Below are positions 48,348-57,014 of a DNA stretch of 64,000 nucleotides, in pieces. Source of the stretch: an uncultured delta proteobacterium. GTDB taxonomy: Bacteria; Desulfobacterota; Binatia; Binatales; Binataceae. The stretch covers positions 96,001 through 160,000 of the forward strand of contig CAVXXK010000004.1 in the NCBI GenBank assembly GCA_963765675.1. Direction: 5' to 3'. Position numbers and translations under genes: made by a program. Each line of letters begins with the position of its first letter. Position 1 is the first letter of the stretch. The notes beneath the pieces were generated by a model. The model was not told the origin of the DNA, did not search any database, and saw nothing but the letters and a program-made list of their open reading frames with translations.

Positions 48348-48662
48348 TTACCAGTACTTGCGCGGACGGGCGACGCCGGCCGGCGCCGCCTGGTTGTACT
48401 CGACCATGTCGACGCCGCGCGCGGTGAGCCGAGCGAACCAGGTGCCGGTGTCCTGGCCCTCGAGCTCGATCAGATCGAGGTCGGCGAGGTAGCTTAGCTC
48501 GCGGCGAACCGCGTTGAGTGAAAACGGCAGCCGGATATCGATCAACACGCGCCAGATGATCTGTTCCGACACCACGCTTGGACGTCCGGCATCCACCACC
48601 CGCAAAATCCGCCAGCGGGCTTCCTCGCGCTGCTTTTGTTCGAGGTCGATTGCATCAGCCAT
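48348..48662 (-). CDS. Mu gp26-like winged-helix protein
   Basis: RWRIL..VRRELSYL..ARLTARGVDMVEY..GVARP. Confidence 0.78.
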   Translation of the reverse strand: MADAIDLEQKQREEARWRILRVVDAGRPSVVSEQIIWRVLIDIRLPFSLNAVRRELSYLADLDLIELEGQDTGTWFARLTARGVDMVEYNQAAPAGVARPRKYW

Positions 48663-48948
48663 AGAGTCTTTCCTTCAGAGTCGCGATTTCCTGGCGCATC
48701 TCTTCGCGCATGGCGTCGAGCTTCGCGTCGAGCGTGGCGCTGAACCTGATCCAGTCCTCGCGCCTGACGTATTCGAGCGGGAGAGACGCGCGCAGTTCGT
48801 AAAGTCCGCGCTCAATTTCGCTCCAGCGGGCCGAGTCGCGCAGCACGGCTTGCTGATGGCGCTCGAGAATCCAGCGCACCGTGCCCACGTTCAGGCCCGC
48901 CAGGGTTAATCCCGCGGTCAGGAAGGCCGCCACCGCGTCCCAGCTCAC
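48655..48948 (-). CDS. Mu-like membrane/coiled-coil protein (gp25 position)
   Basis: N-terminal TM; LPLEYVRREDW..KLD. Confidence 0.7.
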   Translation of the reverse strand: MSWDAVAAFLTAGLTLAGLNVGTVRWILERHQQAVLRDSARWSEIERGLYELRASLPLEYVRREDWIRFSATLDAKLDAMREEMRQEIATLKERLYG

Positions 48949-49289
48949 CTGACACCGCCGCGGTTGTCGGCGCGGTCATCCGGGCGATTTTCGGGACGGC
49001 CGTCTGGACGAATTTCGCCGCGGCCATCGGCGAGCCGCCGCTCGTCGTTCAGCTCGGCGGGATCGGGTTCGGTGGTTCGTTTGATCGCGCACGCACCCGC
49101 CATCGCCAGCATCACGACCCCCAGCCCGCGCCCATAGGCGTCGGCGTCGGAGGCGCCGAAATGGCGCGTGATCCCGACCTGGATACACCAGAACACGATG
49201 TAGGATAATGCGCCCAAGACACCGACGACCCGCGCCGCGTCGTAGGTGAGATTGTCCTTGCCCGTGAGGATGTCACTGAGAAATTTCAC
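48945..49289 (-). CDS. Putative holin
   Basis: Two TM segments and a charged C-terminus; within lysis cassette. Confidence 0.55.
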   Translation of the reverse strand: MKFLSDILTGKDNLTYDAARVVGVLGALSYIVFWCIQVGITRHFGASDADAYGRGLGVVMLAMAGACAIKRTTEPDPAELNDERRLADGRGEIRPDGRPENRPDDRADNRGGVR

Positions 49290-49593
49290 CGGGATGCTTC
49301 CCTTGCGCCGGCGGAGCGGCGCAGGCCCGCAGCAACTGATCGCGCTCGACCACCGCGGCCTTCAGGACCACCACCGACGCGGCGTAGGCGCGAATCGTGT
49401 CGGCCGGCGCGGAGTCCGGCGTAAGGCTCGCGATCCGGAGCGCGGGCCGCGGCGGCGCTGCCGCGGCGCAATACACCGGCTCGGGAATCGGGACGCTGAC
49501 TTTCATCGGCACTGCGATCGGCGCCGCCGCACGCGCGCATCCGCCGATCGCCGCCGCAATCCACATCGCGATCAATCTGCGCCGCTTTACCAT
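49273..49593 (-). CDS. Putative o-spanin (Rz1-like lipoprotein)
   Basis: MVKRRRLIAMWIAAAIGGC lipobox; Pro-rich; overlaps end of upstream gene. Confidence 0.65.
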   Translation of the reverse strand: MVKRRRLIAMWIAAAIGGCARAAAPIAVPMKVSVPIPEPVYCAAAAPPRPALRIASLTPDSAPADTIRAYAASVVVLKAAVVERDQLLRACAAPPAQGKHPGEISQ

Positions 49594-49994
49594 TGGCCTA
49601 ACTCCCGCGCCTGCGCGTTGCCCCACTTGATCGCCGCGTCGCATCCGGACGGGACCGCCGCTTGCGCGATCTGCGCGGCCTGCGCGCCGGCCTTTTCCAT
49701 CCCGGCGGACGCTTGAGCGGCGAGGTTGGCTTCGCGCGTGTCGGCCGCCTGTGCGACGCTCTGTGCCGACGCGCGTATCGCCTCGACCGCCGCGTTCTGC
49801 TGGGCGACCGCGCTCTGGCAGGCGGCGTTCTCGGCCTGAGCGGTGGCGAGTTGTGATTGAAACGCGGTAGCCTCTTTGCGCGCCGAGTCGCGCTCGTGAA
49901 TCAGCACGACGGCTCCCAGAGCCACTGCGCCGAGCACCGCCAGAAGAGCGAGCGGCCGCCAATTCGCCGCGAAAAGTGCCAGTAAGGCAGGCAT
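49587..49994 (-). CDS. Putative i-spanin (Rz-like)
   Basis: N-terminal TM followed by Ala/Gln coiled coil with two Cys. Confidence 0.65.
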   Translation of the reverse strand: MPALLALFAANWRPLALLAVLGAVALGAVVLIHERDSARKEATAFQSQLATAQAENAACQSAVAQQNAAVEAIRASAQSVAQAADTREANLAAQASAGMEKAGAQAAQIAQAAVPSGCDAAIKWGNAQARELGQW

Positions 49995-50006
49995 CGCGAT
50001 CGCGCC

Positions 50007-50312
50007 CTACTTCGCCGCCGCGGGCTTTGCGGCCGCCGCCGCGCTCGACTGGATCGCGTTTGCGAGTTTCTCGGTCGCTTGCGCATGATGCTCGATCGCG
50101 GCGCTATGCCGCGTTACCGCCGCCGTTGCGGGCGCCGCCGCAGCGGTGCTCGCCACCGCGGACTCGACCGAGGTCAGACGCGAATCGAGCGCCGTAACCA
50201 TCGCGACCAGGTCGGCGACCAGCTTGCGGCCGAACAGCGTGCCGAGCGCGAATCCGCCGGCGAGCGCGATCACGCCGGCCGCCAACGCGGTCATCTTCAG
50301 TGCATCAGTCAT
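50007..50312 (-). CDS. Small membrane protein in lysis cassette
   Basis: GGAGG RBS; N-terminal TM. Confidence 0.55.
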   Translation of the reverse strand: MTDALKMTALAAGVIALAGGFALGTLFGRKLVADLVAMVTALDSRLTSVESAVASTAAAAPATAAVTRHSAAIEHHAQATEKLANAIQSSAAAAAKPAAAK

Positions 50313-50351
50313 CGGAAACCTCCGTCGTGCGACGGTCGTTGATGCGGGCGT

Positions 50352-50915
50352 TTATTCGTAGGCTCGATTGAGCCATCCGGCCAGAAATTCCTGGTCGCCG
50401 TCCGGACCCGCGTCGCGCGCGAACGCAGCCATCACGCGGTAGTAACCGGCGGCTTCCGAGCGCGTCGCCGCCATCAGGGCCAGAGGCTCGGCCGCGTGCG
50501 CGGCGGCAGCGGTTTCCGGTCCGAGGACGTTGTCTTCAGTCACGCGGCGGCCGACCGCGCGCAGCGCTCGCTGCAGGCATCCGATCGCATGGGCCGGCCC
50601 GATATTTACCGCCAGATCGAAAATCTTGGCGGCGATCGCGCCGGGCGCCGCGTCGAAACCGAACGGACGCCAGTAGTCGCGATAGTAAATCGCGATCGCG
50701 TCGGCACGGGTCAGATTCGCGATGTCGAGCGTCGGGTACTCGCGCGCGGAAATTCCAAAGCGGGTGATTCCGCCCGGATCGTCGGGTGCGGTTTCGATGC
50801 CGCCCTCGTCGCCAAGGACGCGGTTTACCGCGGCGACAAACTCGGGCGAATAGGATTCGGTCAGCGATTCCGGGAGGCCAGATGCGTCGTCCACTGCAAG
50901 ACTCACTGCGGGCAA
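50352..50915 (-). CDS. Endolysin, glycoside hydrolase family 108
   Basis: EGG..PDDPGGITRFGI, IYYRDYW, FDLAVNIG and FLAGWLNR motifs. Confidence 0.9.
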   Translation of the reverse strand: MPAVSLAVDDASGLPESLTESYSPEFVAAVNRVLGDEGGIETAPDDPGGITRFGISAREYPTLDIANLTRADAIAIYYRDYWRPFGFDAAPGAIAAKIFDLAVNIGPAHAIGCLQRALRAVGRRVTEDNVLGPETAAAAHAAEPLALMAATRSEAAGYYRVMAAFARDAGPDGDQEFLAGWLNRAYE

Positions 50916-50958
50916 CGCGGGCGTTTGGGCGGCGTGGATCGGAGCCGCCAGGAAGTAC

Positions 50959-51002
50959 AGTTTAGCGCAAACGCAAAAGTTTCGTAAGGCCGAGCAGTTC
51001 AG
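50959..51002 (-). promoter_or_regulatory. Putative activator-dependent late promoter (lysis/packaging operon)
   Basis: CTGAACTGCTCGGCCTTA-N20-TAAACT; matches the motif at 36951-36994. Confidence 0.7.
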
Positions 51003-51364
51003 ACCGGTTTTTTGCCCGATAATACTTTATAGACATACCTCTCCGTGCAGCCTAATGTTCTCGCGATTCTGGACACGCTGACGCCCGCTGTGCGTAGCGC
51101 AATTATCTGCGCGCGGCGCAGCACGCGGTCGGGATGAGCCGGAATCATCACGCGGTCGCCGCCAAACGAACGCGCAAGCCGCGCGGCCGCGCCGATTCCG
51201 ATCGATCGCGTGATCTGATCACTCGACGAAACTTTGTTCGGAATATAAACCCGCCGTCCGCCGAAATCGCGCGCCAGATGCGACGTCGCCTTCATCCCGA
51301 TCACCCGCGTGATATCCCTAATCAGCGACTCGCGGCTCAGGATGTAGCCCTCATGCGCGGGCAC
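50999..51364 (-). CDS. Mor/C family transcription activator
   Basis: Two IG..A..LAR.FGG..V.IP motifs plus C-terminal HTH (VSRIARTLGCTERYVYKVL); start uncertain. Confidence 0.8.
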   Translation of the reverse strand: MPAHEGYILSRESLIRDITRVIGMKATSHLARDFGGRRVYIPNKVSSSDQITRSIGIGAAARLARSFGGDRVMIPAHPDRVLRRAQIIALRTAGVSVSRIARTLGCTERYVYKVLSGKKPV

Positions 51365-51417
51365 GCGAGCAACGCGGGCAAGTAGCTGGAACAGCCTGCT
51401 ACTATGTCCGGCGGCTC

Positions 51418-51642
51418 TCACAGGCTGTACGCGGCGCGCAGATTCGGCGGGATCGAACCGATCCCACGATCGCGATCGTACACCACGCGCCATTTGAGCT
51501 CCGCGACTTCGGCGATGCACAGGGGACAGAGACCGCGACGCCTCGTCGCGACACCGTACCGCACTGGCGCGCGGCACCACAGGCACTTGGTCATCCGGTC
51601 CGCGGACCGGACGTGGCGGCCGCGATGGTCCTGCTGGAGCAT
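51418..51642 (-). CDS. Small putative zinc-finger protein
   Basis: CLWC-x15-CPLC; lies between repressor and activator. Confidence 0.5.
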   Translation of the reverse strand: MLQQDHRGRHVRSADRMTKCLWCRAPVRYGVATRRRGLCPLCIAEVAELKWRVVYDRDRGIGSIPPNLRAAYSL

Positions 51643-51860
51643 GTGGACTTCCAGACGGCATTCGCCGCGAGGCTCGGACGTGAAGGCGGCCGTGCGAAAG
51701 AACTTCGGACTCCGCGAACATCAGCGGCAGGTCGAGCGAGTCGATGCAGGGGAAGGGTTGTGGATAATCGGCGGGCGCATCCAATCCAAAGCTTGCTTTG
51801 CCTGTCATCCCCATGCCAAAAACAGCTATTCCACAGATGGTGGATATTAGTCAACACAAA

Positions 51861-52526
51861 GTGTTTACACACGAAGACGCCGAATTCCGATCCCGCCTGG
51901 CCCAGGTGCTGGCCAAGTTCGGTTCGGTGGCCGCGCTGGCGCGCGCGATCGGCGTGTCCAACAACGCGATTTACAAGTGGCTGCAGGGGGACGGACAGCC
52001 AAATCTGTCCAACCTGGTGGGGCTTTCGCGCGCGGCCCGCGTCTCGGTCGAATGGCTCGCGACCGGGCGCGGCGCGGCCGCGCGCAGAGGGGCGGCGGCG
52101 CCGCGCGCGCTCGGAGAAGGATACACGTTCATGCCGCGTTTCGACGCTCGAGGCGGCGCGCGCGGCAAGCAAGGACTGATGAACGATCAGATCGTGGACA
52201 GTCTGGCGCTCAGCAGCGAATGGGTGCGAACGCGGCTGCATGCCGAGCCGCGCAATCTGCTGCTGCTCGAGATCGCGGGCGACACGATGGCGCCGACGCT
52301 GAACGCGACCGACCTCGCGATAGTGGATTTGGGAGAGCCGCGCTTTCGGCGCGACGCGATTTACGTGCTGCGCCATGCGGACGAGCTTGCGGTGCGCAGG
52401 TTGCAGCGCCGTCCCGACGGCAAGTTGATCATCAAGTGCGACAATCCAGCATACGAGCCGGTAGTAGCGGCGCCCGAGACGATCGCGATCATCGGCAACG
52501 TGATCTGGTCAGGCACGCGCCGGTAG
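51861..52526 (+). CDS. CI/LexA-like repressor (HTH + S24 domain with substituted catalytic dyad)
   Basis: ALARAIGVSNNAIYKW..VSVEWLATG; GDTMAPTL, AVRRLQ and DNPAY; start may be up to 63 nt upstream. Confidence 0.88.
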   Translation: MFTHEDAEFRSRLAQVLAKFGSVAALARAIGVSNNAIYKWLQGDGQPNLSNLVGLSRAARVSVEWLATGRGAAARRGAAAPRALGEGYTFMPRFDARGGARGKQGLMNDQIVDSLALSSEWVRTRLHAEPRNLLLLEIAGDTMAPTLNATDLAIVDLGEPRFRRDAIYVLRHADELAVRRLQRRPDGKLIIKCDNPAYEPVVAAPETIAIIGNVIWSGTRR

Positions 52527-52800
52527 AGCGCAGAGCAGTCCACTCTTCGCACTGTGCCACAAGGGTTTCGTGCTCGTACGCCGAAAGTCAGTCAACACCG
52601 CGAGCCGACCTCTCCCTTGATCCCTCTCCTTGGACAAGGAGAGGGTATCTCAGCGCTCAGGAAGGTTATGCAAAGGTCTCCTCCGGGAGAGGGTATATCC
52701 GAGCCTTCCACGCGGAAGGCGGACAGAGAGTGTCGATTTCAGAAAACCTCTCGTTCGGCAAAGTACGACTGGCACGCTGACGGCGCGACGGCTCCGAAAA

Positions 52801-52971
52801 CCCTCTCCCGCCGGGAGAGGGCAAGCGGCGCGGCGATTGCTTCTTTCAGCAATCGCCGTGACGCGCGGGTGAGGGCGGCCTTGCTCCATCGCGGATCCTC
52901 TTTAATCGCGCGTCGCTGCGCGCCGCGCTGACTAAGGTCCCTCACCTAACCTCTCCCTTTCAGGGCGAGGG
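52801..52971. repeat. Family A long copy (52801-52875) plus inverted variant (52939-52971)
   Basis: Match the copies at 6403 and 15487; degenerate fragments also at about 52620-52695. Confidence 0.8.
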
Positions 52972-52972
52972 A

Positions 52973-54028
52973 TCAGACGGGGATACGGCGGCCGGTGGAG
53001 GCGTCGAACAAATGGAGTTTCTTCGACGGCAAGTAGAAACGATGCGTCTGGCCGGCTTCGATGCGGCGGGAAGTTACCGCGCAGATCGGAGTTTCTCCGC
53101 CGTGCGCCAGCGTGCCGCGGACTATGAACGAAGCGCCGGAGAACTCTACGCTGGCTACCGCGATATCGATTGCCAGCGCTCCGGCGGTTTCGTCCGGTGA
53201 CAGATCGGCGGGACGGATTCCTGCGCGCAGCGACTGCGGGGCGTTTGCCGGTAGGTTGATTGGATAGCGGACGCCCCCGATTTCTAATGCGCCCTCCCCG
53301 GCTTTGCGGGCGTCGAATAGATTCATCGCCGGATCGCCTACGAACGACGCGACGAATTCGGTTTCGGGACGATTGAAGATTTCCTCGGGAGGACCCATCT
53401 GCTCGATTCGTCCCGCCCGCATCACCGCCATCCGATCGGCCAGCGCTAACGCTTCGACCTGGTCGTGCGTGACGTAGACGAACGTGCGGCCCGTCGCGCG
53501 TTGCAGGTTTTTCAGTTCGATTCGCAGGGACGCGCGCAAGCGGGCGTCGAGGCTCGCGAGCGCTTCGTCCATCAAGACGATTTCAGGCTCGCGCACGAGC
53601 GCGCGTGCGAGCGCGACGCGCTGTTGCTCGCCGCCGGAGAGCTCGGCGGGGCGGCGTTCCAGTCCGACCGTCAGGCCGGCCTTCGCGGCAGCATCCTTCA
53701 CCCGGCGATCGATCTCCGCGGACGGAACTTTTCCGAGCCGCAGCGGGAACGCGATATTCCCGAACGCGCTCATATGCGGATAGAGCGCGAAATTCTGAAA
53801 CACCATCGCGATTCGCGCTCGGTGAGAATCGGCCGCGTCCGCAAATTCGATCGCGCCGGAGTCGGGCTCGTCGAGTCCAGCGATCAGCCTGAGCAGCGTG
53901 CTTTTGCCGCATCCCGACGGCCCCAGCAGCACCAGGAACTCGCCGCTTGCGACGGTCAGCGACACGTCGCGCACGCCGCCGCCGGCGGCAAACACGCGGG
54001 TCAAGTTTTTGATCGTGAGCGCGTGCAT
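52973..54028 (-). CDS. Sugar ABC transporter ATP-binding protein (MalK-like)
   Basis: GPSGCGKST, VFQNFALYPH, LSGGEQQR and VTHDQVEA motifs. Confidence 0.9.
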   Translation of the reverse strand: MHALTIKNLTRVFAAGGGVRDVSLTVASGEFLVLLGPSGCGKSTLLRLIAGLDEPDSGAIEFADAADSHRARIAMVFQNFALYPHMSAFGNIAFPLRLGKVPSAEIDRRVKDAAAKAGLTVGLERRPAELSGGEQQRVALARALVREPEIVLMDEALASLDARLRASLRIELKNLQRATGRTFVYVTHDQVEALALADRMAVMRAGRIEQMGPPEEIFNRPETEFVASFVGDPAMNLFDARKAGEGALEIGGVRYPINLPANAPQSLRAGIRPADLSPDETAGALAIDIAVASVEFSGASFIVRGTLAHGGETPICAVTSRRIEAGQTHRFYLPSKKLHLFDASTGRRIPV

Positions 54029-54040
54029 CGGGCTTTCGCT

Positions 54041-54875
54041 CTAGCGCGATCCTCCCGTTACCAACGCGGTGCGCAGCGTCGGGCCGAGTGCGATCACGAC
54101 GCACACCGCCGGGATCATCATCAGGAGCGCCAGCGCGCTGGCCGGTCCGACGTTACCGAAGACCGTATAGTAATAAAGCAAAGGCGGGAGCGTGCGATTA
54201 GTCTGCTGGAGCAGCAGCGCGAAGCCGAACTCGTCCCAGCTCAGGATGAAGCAGAGCACGAACGCCGCTGAGAGCGCGCCGCGCACTATAGGCAGATCGA
54301 TCGTCAGGAACACGCGCGCAGGCGACGCGCCGTCGAGCCACGCGGCTTCTTCGATTTCGCGCGGCACCGCGACGAAGGCGGCGTAGAGTGTGAGCGCGGC
54401 GGTCGGAATCGCGATCGCGCAATGGATAATCGCAAGGCCGAGCGCGCTCGGGATATCGTAGAGGCCGATCGACGCGAGCATAATCCCGGCCGGAATCGCG
54501 ACCGCGATCATCGGAAGCAGGCGCACGCCCGAGACCGCGCCGAAGCCCGCGCTGCGCGCCGCCGTTCCACGCGCCATCGCATACGCGAGCATCGCGCCGA
54601 GCGCGGTTGCGCCGGCCGCGGAGATCACGCCGACAGCGAGGCTGCGCACGATCGCGCCGCGCAACTCACCGACCGCGAAGACGGTCACAAAATGCTCGAG
54701 CGTCAGATGACGCGGAATCCACGCGGGCGGCCACACGAACGTCTCGAGCTCGGGTGTCAGCGCCTGCTTGGCGAGCAGGTAGAGCGGCACGACAGCGGCG
54801 GCGATCACGAGCGCGCTGACCGCCGATTCGCACCGCCGCGAGAGCGGTAGGTTCGCTGCGCGTGGCCGTGCTCAT
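54041..54875 (-). CDS. Sugar ABC permease, +1 frameshift near 54822
   Basis: EEAAWLDGA motif; N-terminus MSTATRSEP behind GGAG RBS joins the main frame after removing one G. Confidence 0.8.
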
Positions 54876-54887
54876 GCTCTCGCTCCT

Positions 54888-55724
54888 TCATCCGACGACC
54901 ACCTGCGCGCGGCGACCGCTCCCGCCGAGCGCGAAGATCGTCACCACCAGCGCCAGCACCATCGCGGCCGCCATCGCGACTCTCGGCGCCTGCGCGTCGC
55001 TCCACTGCCCGTATGAGTAAGTGGACAGGACGGGAACCGCCTCCGGCCCGGTCAGCACCAGCACGGTCGAGAAAATTCTGAGCGCGTCGATTCCGCGCAG
55101 CACCGTCGCTCCGACGATCGCCGGCGCAAGCATCGGCAGCGTCACGTAGCGGAAGGCAGCGAGCCTGCCGGCGCCGTCGAGTTGCGCGGCTTCGTAGAGC
55201 TCGCGCGGAATCGTCTGCAAGCCCGCCATCAGCATCAGCATCACGATCGGCGTGACGTGCCACGCGTCGACCACCGCGACCGAGAGCATCGCGAGCGAGC
55301 CGCGCGGCGAGAGCCACGCTACGCCATGCATTCCGAACGCCTCGAGCGCGCCGTTTAAGTATCCCCGCGGCATCAGCAGGTAGCGCGCGATCGTCAGGAT
55401 GACGATTTCTGGAATTGCGAACGGCAGAATCGCGGCGACTTCGACGATCGGAGAGCGCCGCTTGCGCGCCGTGAGCATCAGCGCGAGTCCGAGTCCGATC
55501 GCGAGTTCGAGGATAAGGCTCGCGATCGGAAGGACCAGGTTGTCGAGCAGCGCCCGCCAGAACATCGGATCATGCGCCAGCACCGAATAATTCCTTAGCG
55601 AGGGGCCGCGATAGTCGAACGAGCCGACCAGACCGCCGAGAGCCGGGAGCACCAGCGTGGCGAGCATGAAGACCGCCGGAATCACGACGAAAGCGGTCCT
55701 GAGATTTCGTGCGCGCGCGTTCAT
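54888..55724 (-). CDS. Sugar ABC permease
   Basis: LYEAAQLDGA..VTLPML; TM segments. Confidence 0.88.
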   Translation of the reverse strand: MNARARNLRTAFVVIPAVFMLATLVLPALGGLVGSFDYRGPSLRNYSVLAHDPMFWRALLDNLVLPIASLILELAIGLGLALMLTARKRRSPIVEVAAILPFAIPEIVILTIARYLLMPRGYLNGALEAFGMHGVAWLSPRGSLAMLSVAVVDAWHVTPIVMLMLMAGLQTIPRELYEAAQLDGAGRLAAFRYVTLPMLAPAIVGATVLRGIDALRIFSTVLVLTGPEAVPVLSTYSYGQWSDAQAPRVAMAAAMVLALVVTIFALGGSGRRAQVVVG

Positions 55725-56906
55725 TGTTCGAGTCCCGCGCAGCATCGCGACTCACTAGATTCGCCAACCGAAACAGTATCTGTTGACGGACTGAGTATAG
55801 TGGCGAGAGCGGCTGCAGGAGCGGTTCCGCGCAGCAATACTTCGCGAATCGCTTGTTGCCATCGATTACTCAGTTGTGGATAGCAGTCGAGGACGGGACG
55901 CGCGCGCACGTGATCGCGCATCGCGGTGAAACCCGCGTAGAGTTTCGCGTCCTCGCTGCCCGCGGCTGGCGGGACTGAGCCGTACCATCCGAGCTCACTG
56001 CTCAGGCGAGCCTGCACCTCAGGCGTGAGCAACCAGGCAAGGAATGCGCGCGCGAGCTCCGGATGCGGCGCGGAAACCGGAATCGCAAGGTAGCCGCCGC
56101 CCAGAGGCGTCGCCATCCCGTCGGGACCGGCGGGGATTGGCGCGCTCAGGTCGACCTCGGGAGCGAGGCCCTTGGACTTCAAGTATCCGATCGCGAAGGG
56201 CCAGTTAAAATGAATCCACACGGTGCCGCGGGCCTGCGCCTCGAGCACCGACATTTCGCGGAACACGGCGGATTCGTCGTTCAGATCCGGCGCGAGGAGA
56301 TGCAGGAAATCTAACGCGCGAAGCGAGCCGCTCGAATCGGGATCGCATTCGCTGCCCCCCGCACTCCACACGAACGCCATCGCGTCGCAGGCGGCGCCCT
56401 CGTAACGCGCAGCCTTCAGCGCGAGCTTGCCCGGATGAGCGCGGGCGAAGCGCGCGAGATCGTCCCAGGTGCGCGGCGGATCGGGAACTTCGATCCGATT
56501 ATAGATCATCGCCTGCCACATCAAGCGATGCGGAATGAAATATATGTGATGATTTTCGGTTGCCGCGGCCCATGCCGCTTCGGAGAATAGAGAATGTGCG
56601 GAAGGCGGCACGAGGCCGTCGAGCACGGCGGCATTCGAGCGCGCCTCGCCGAGCATCGCAAGGTCGAGCTCGACCAAATCGAGCGATCCGCGGCGTCCGC
56701 GGGCCTGAACGCGCAGGGCCTGCAGGATATCGCCGTAGGATTGTGCGACGATATTGATACGGACATGATGAGCGGCCTCGAAGGGAGAGACGAAATCAGC
56801 GTAGCGCGCGGCCTCCGACGGAAAGACTGCCAGCGCGAGATTCAGTTGGCCGCGCGCAGCCTCGGTGCGGCCGCATCCTGCGACAACGGCGAGCGCGATC
56901 GCCATG
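55721..56906 (-). CDS. Sugar ABC substrate-binding lipoprotein
   Basis: VAGC lipobox; PPRTWDDL, NWPFA and LGGGYLAI motifs; start uncertain. Confidence 0.8.
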
Positions 56907-57014
56907 CAGGCAAGCGCGGCGCAAGCGCGGATGCAATACTTCGAGGAGCGGATTCCTGGATAGCCTGAAAGACGTATCACAATTCTTGAAACCCGCGTTA
57001 ATGGAAAATCAGCA

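Larger units (their letters stand above)
21011..52526 (-). mobile_element. Mu-like myovirus-derived structural gene cluster lacking transposition/replication genes (domesticated GTA-like element or cryptic prophage)
   Basis: Mu-like order of lysis, terminase, portal, protease, capsid, tail and baseplate genes; no MuA/MuB or integrase; ends set by gene content only. Confidence 0.88.

Noticed and set aside
51365-51814. N-terminal half of the 271-aa Mor ORF
   Set aside because: Looks non-coding in this frame and overlaps the zinc-finger ORF; the activator probably starts near 51364 or 51340
21011-52526. Intact transposable prophage
   Set aside because: No transposase, MuB or integrase in the window, and I could not identify Mu-type ends or att repeats
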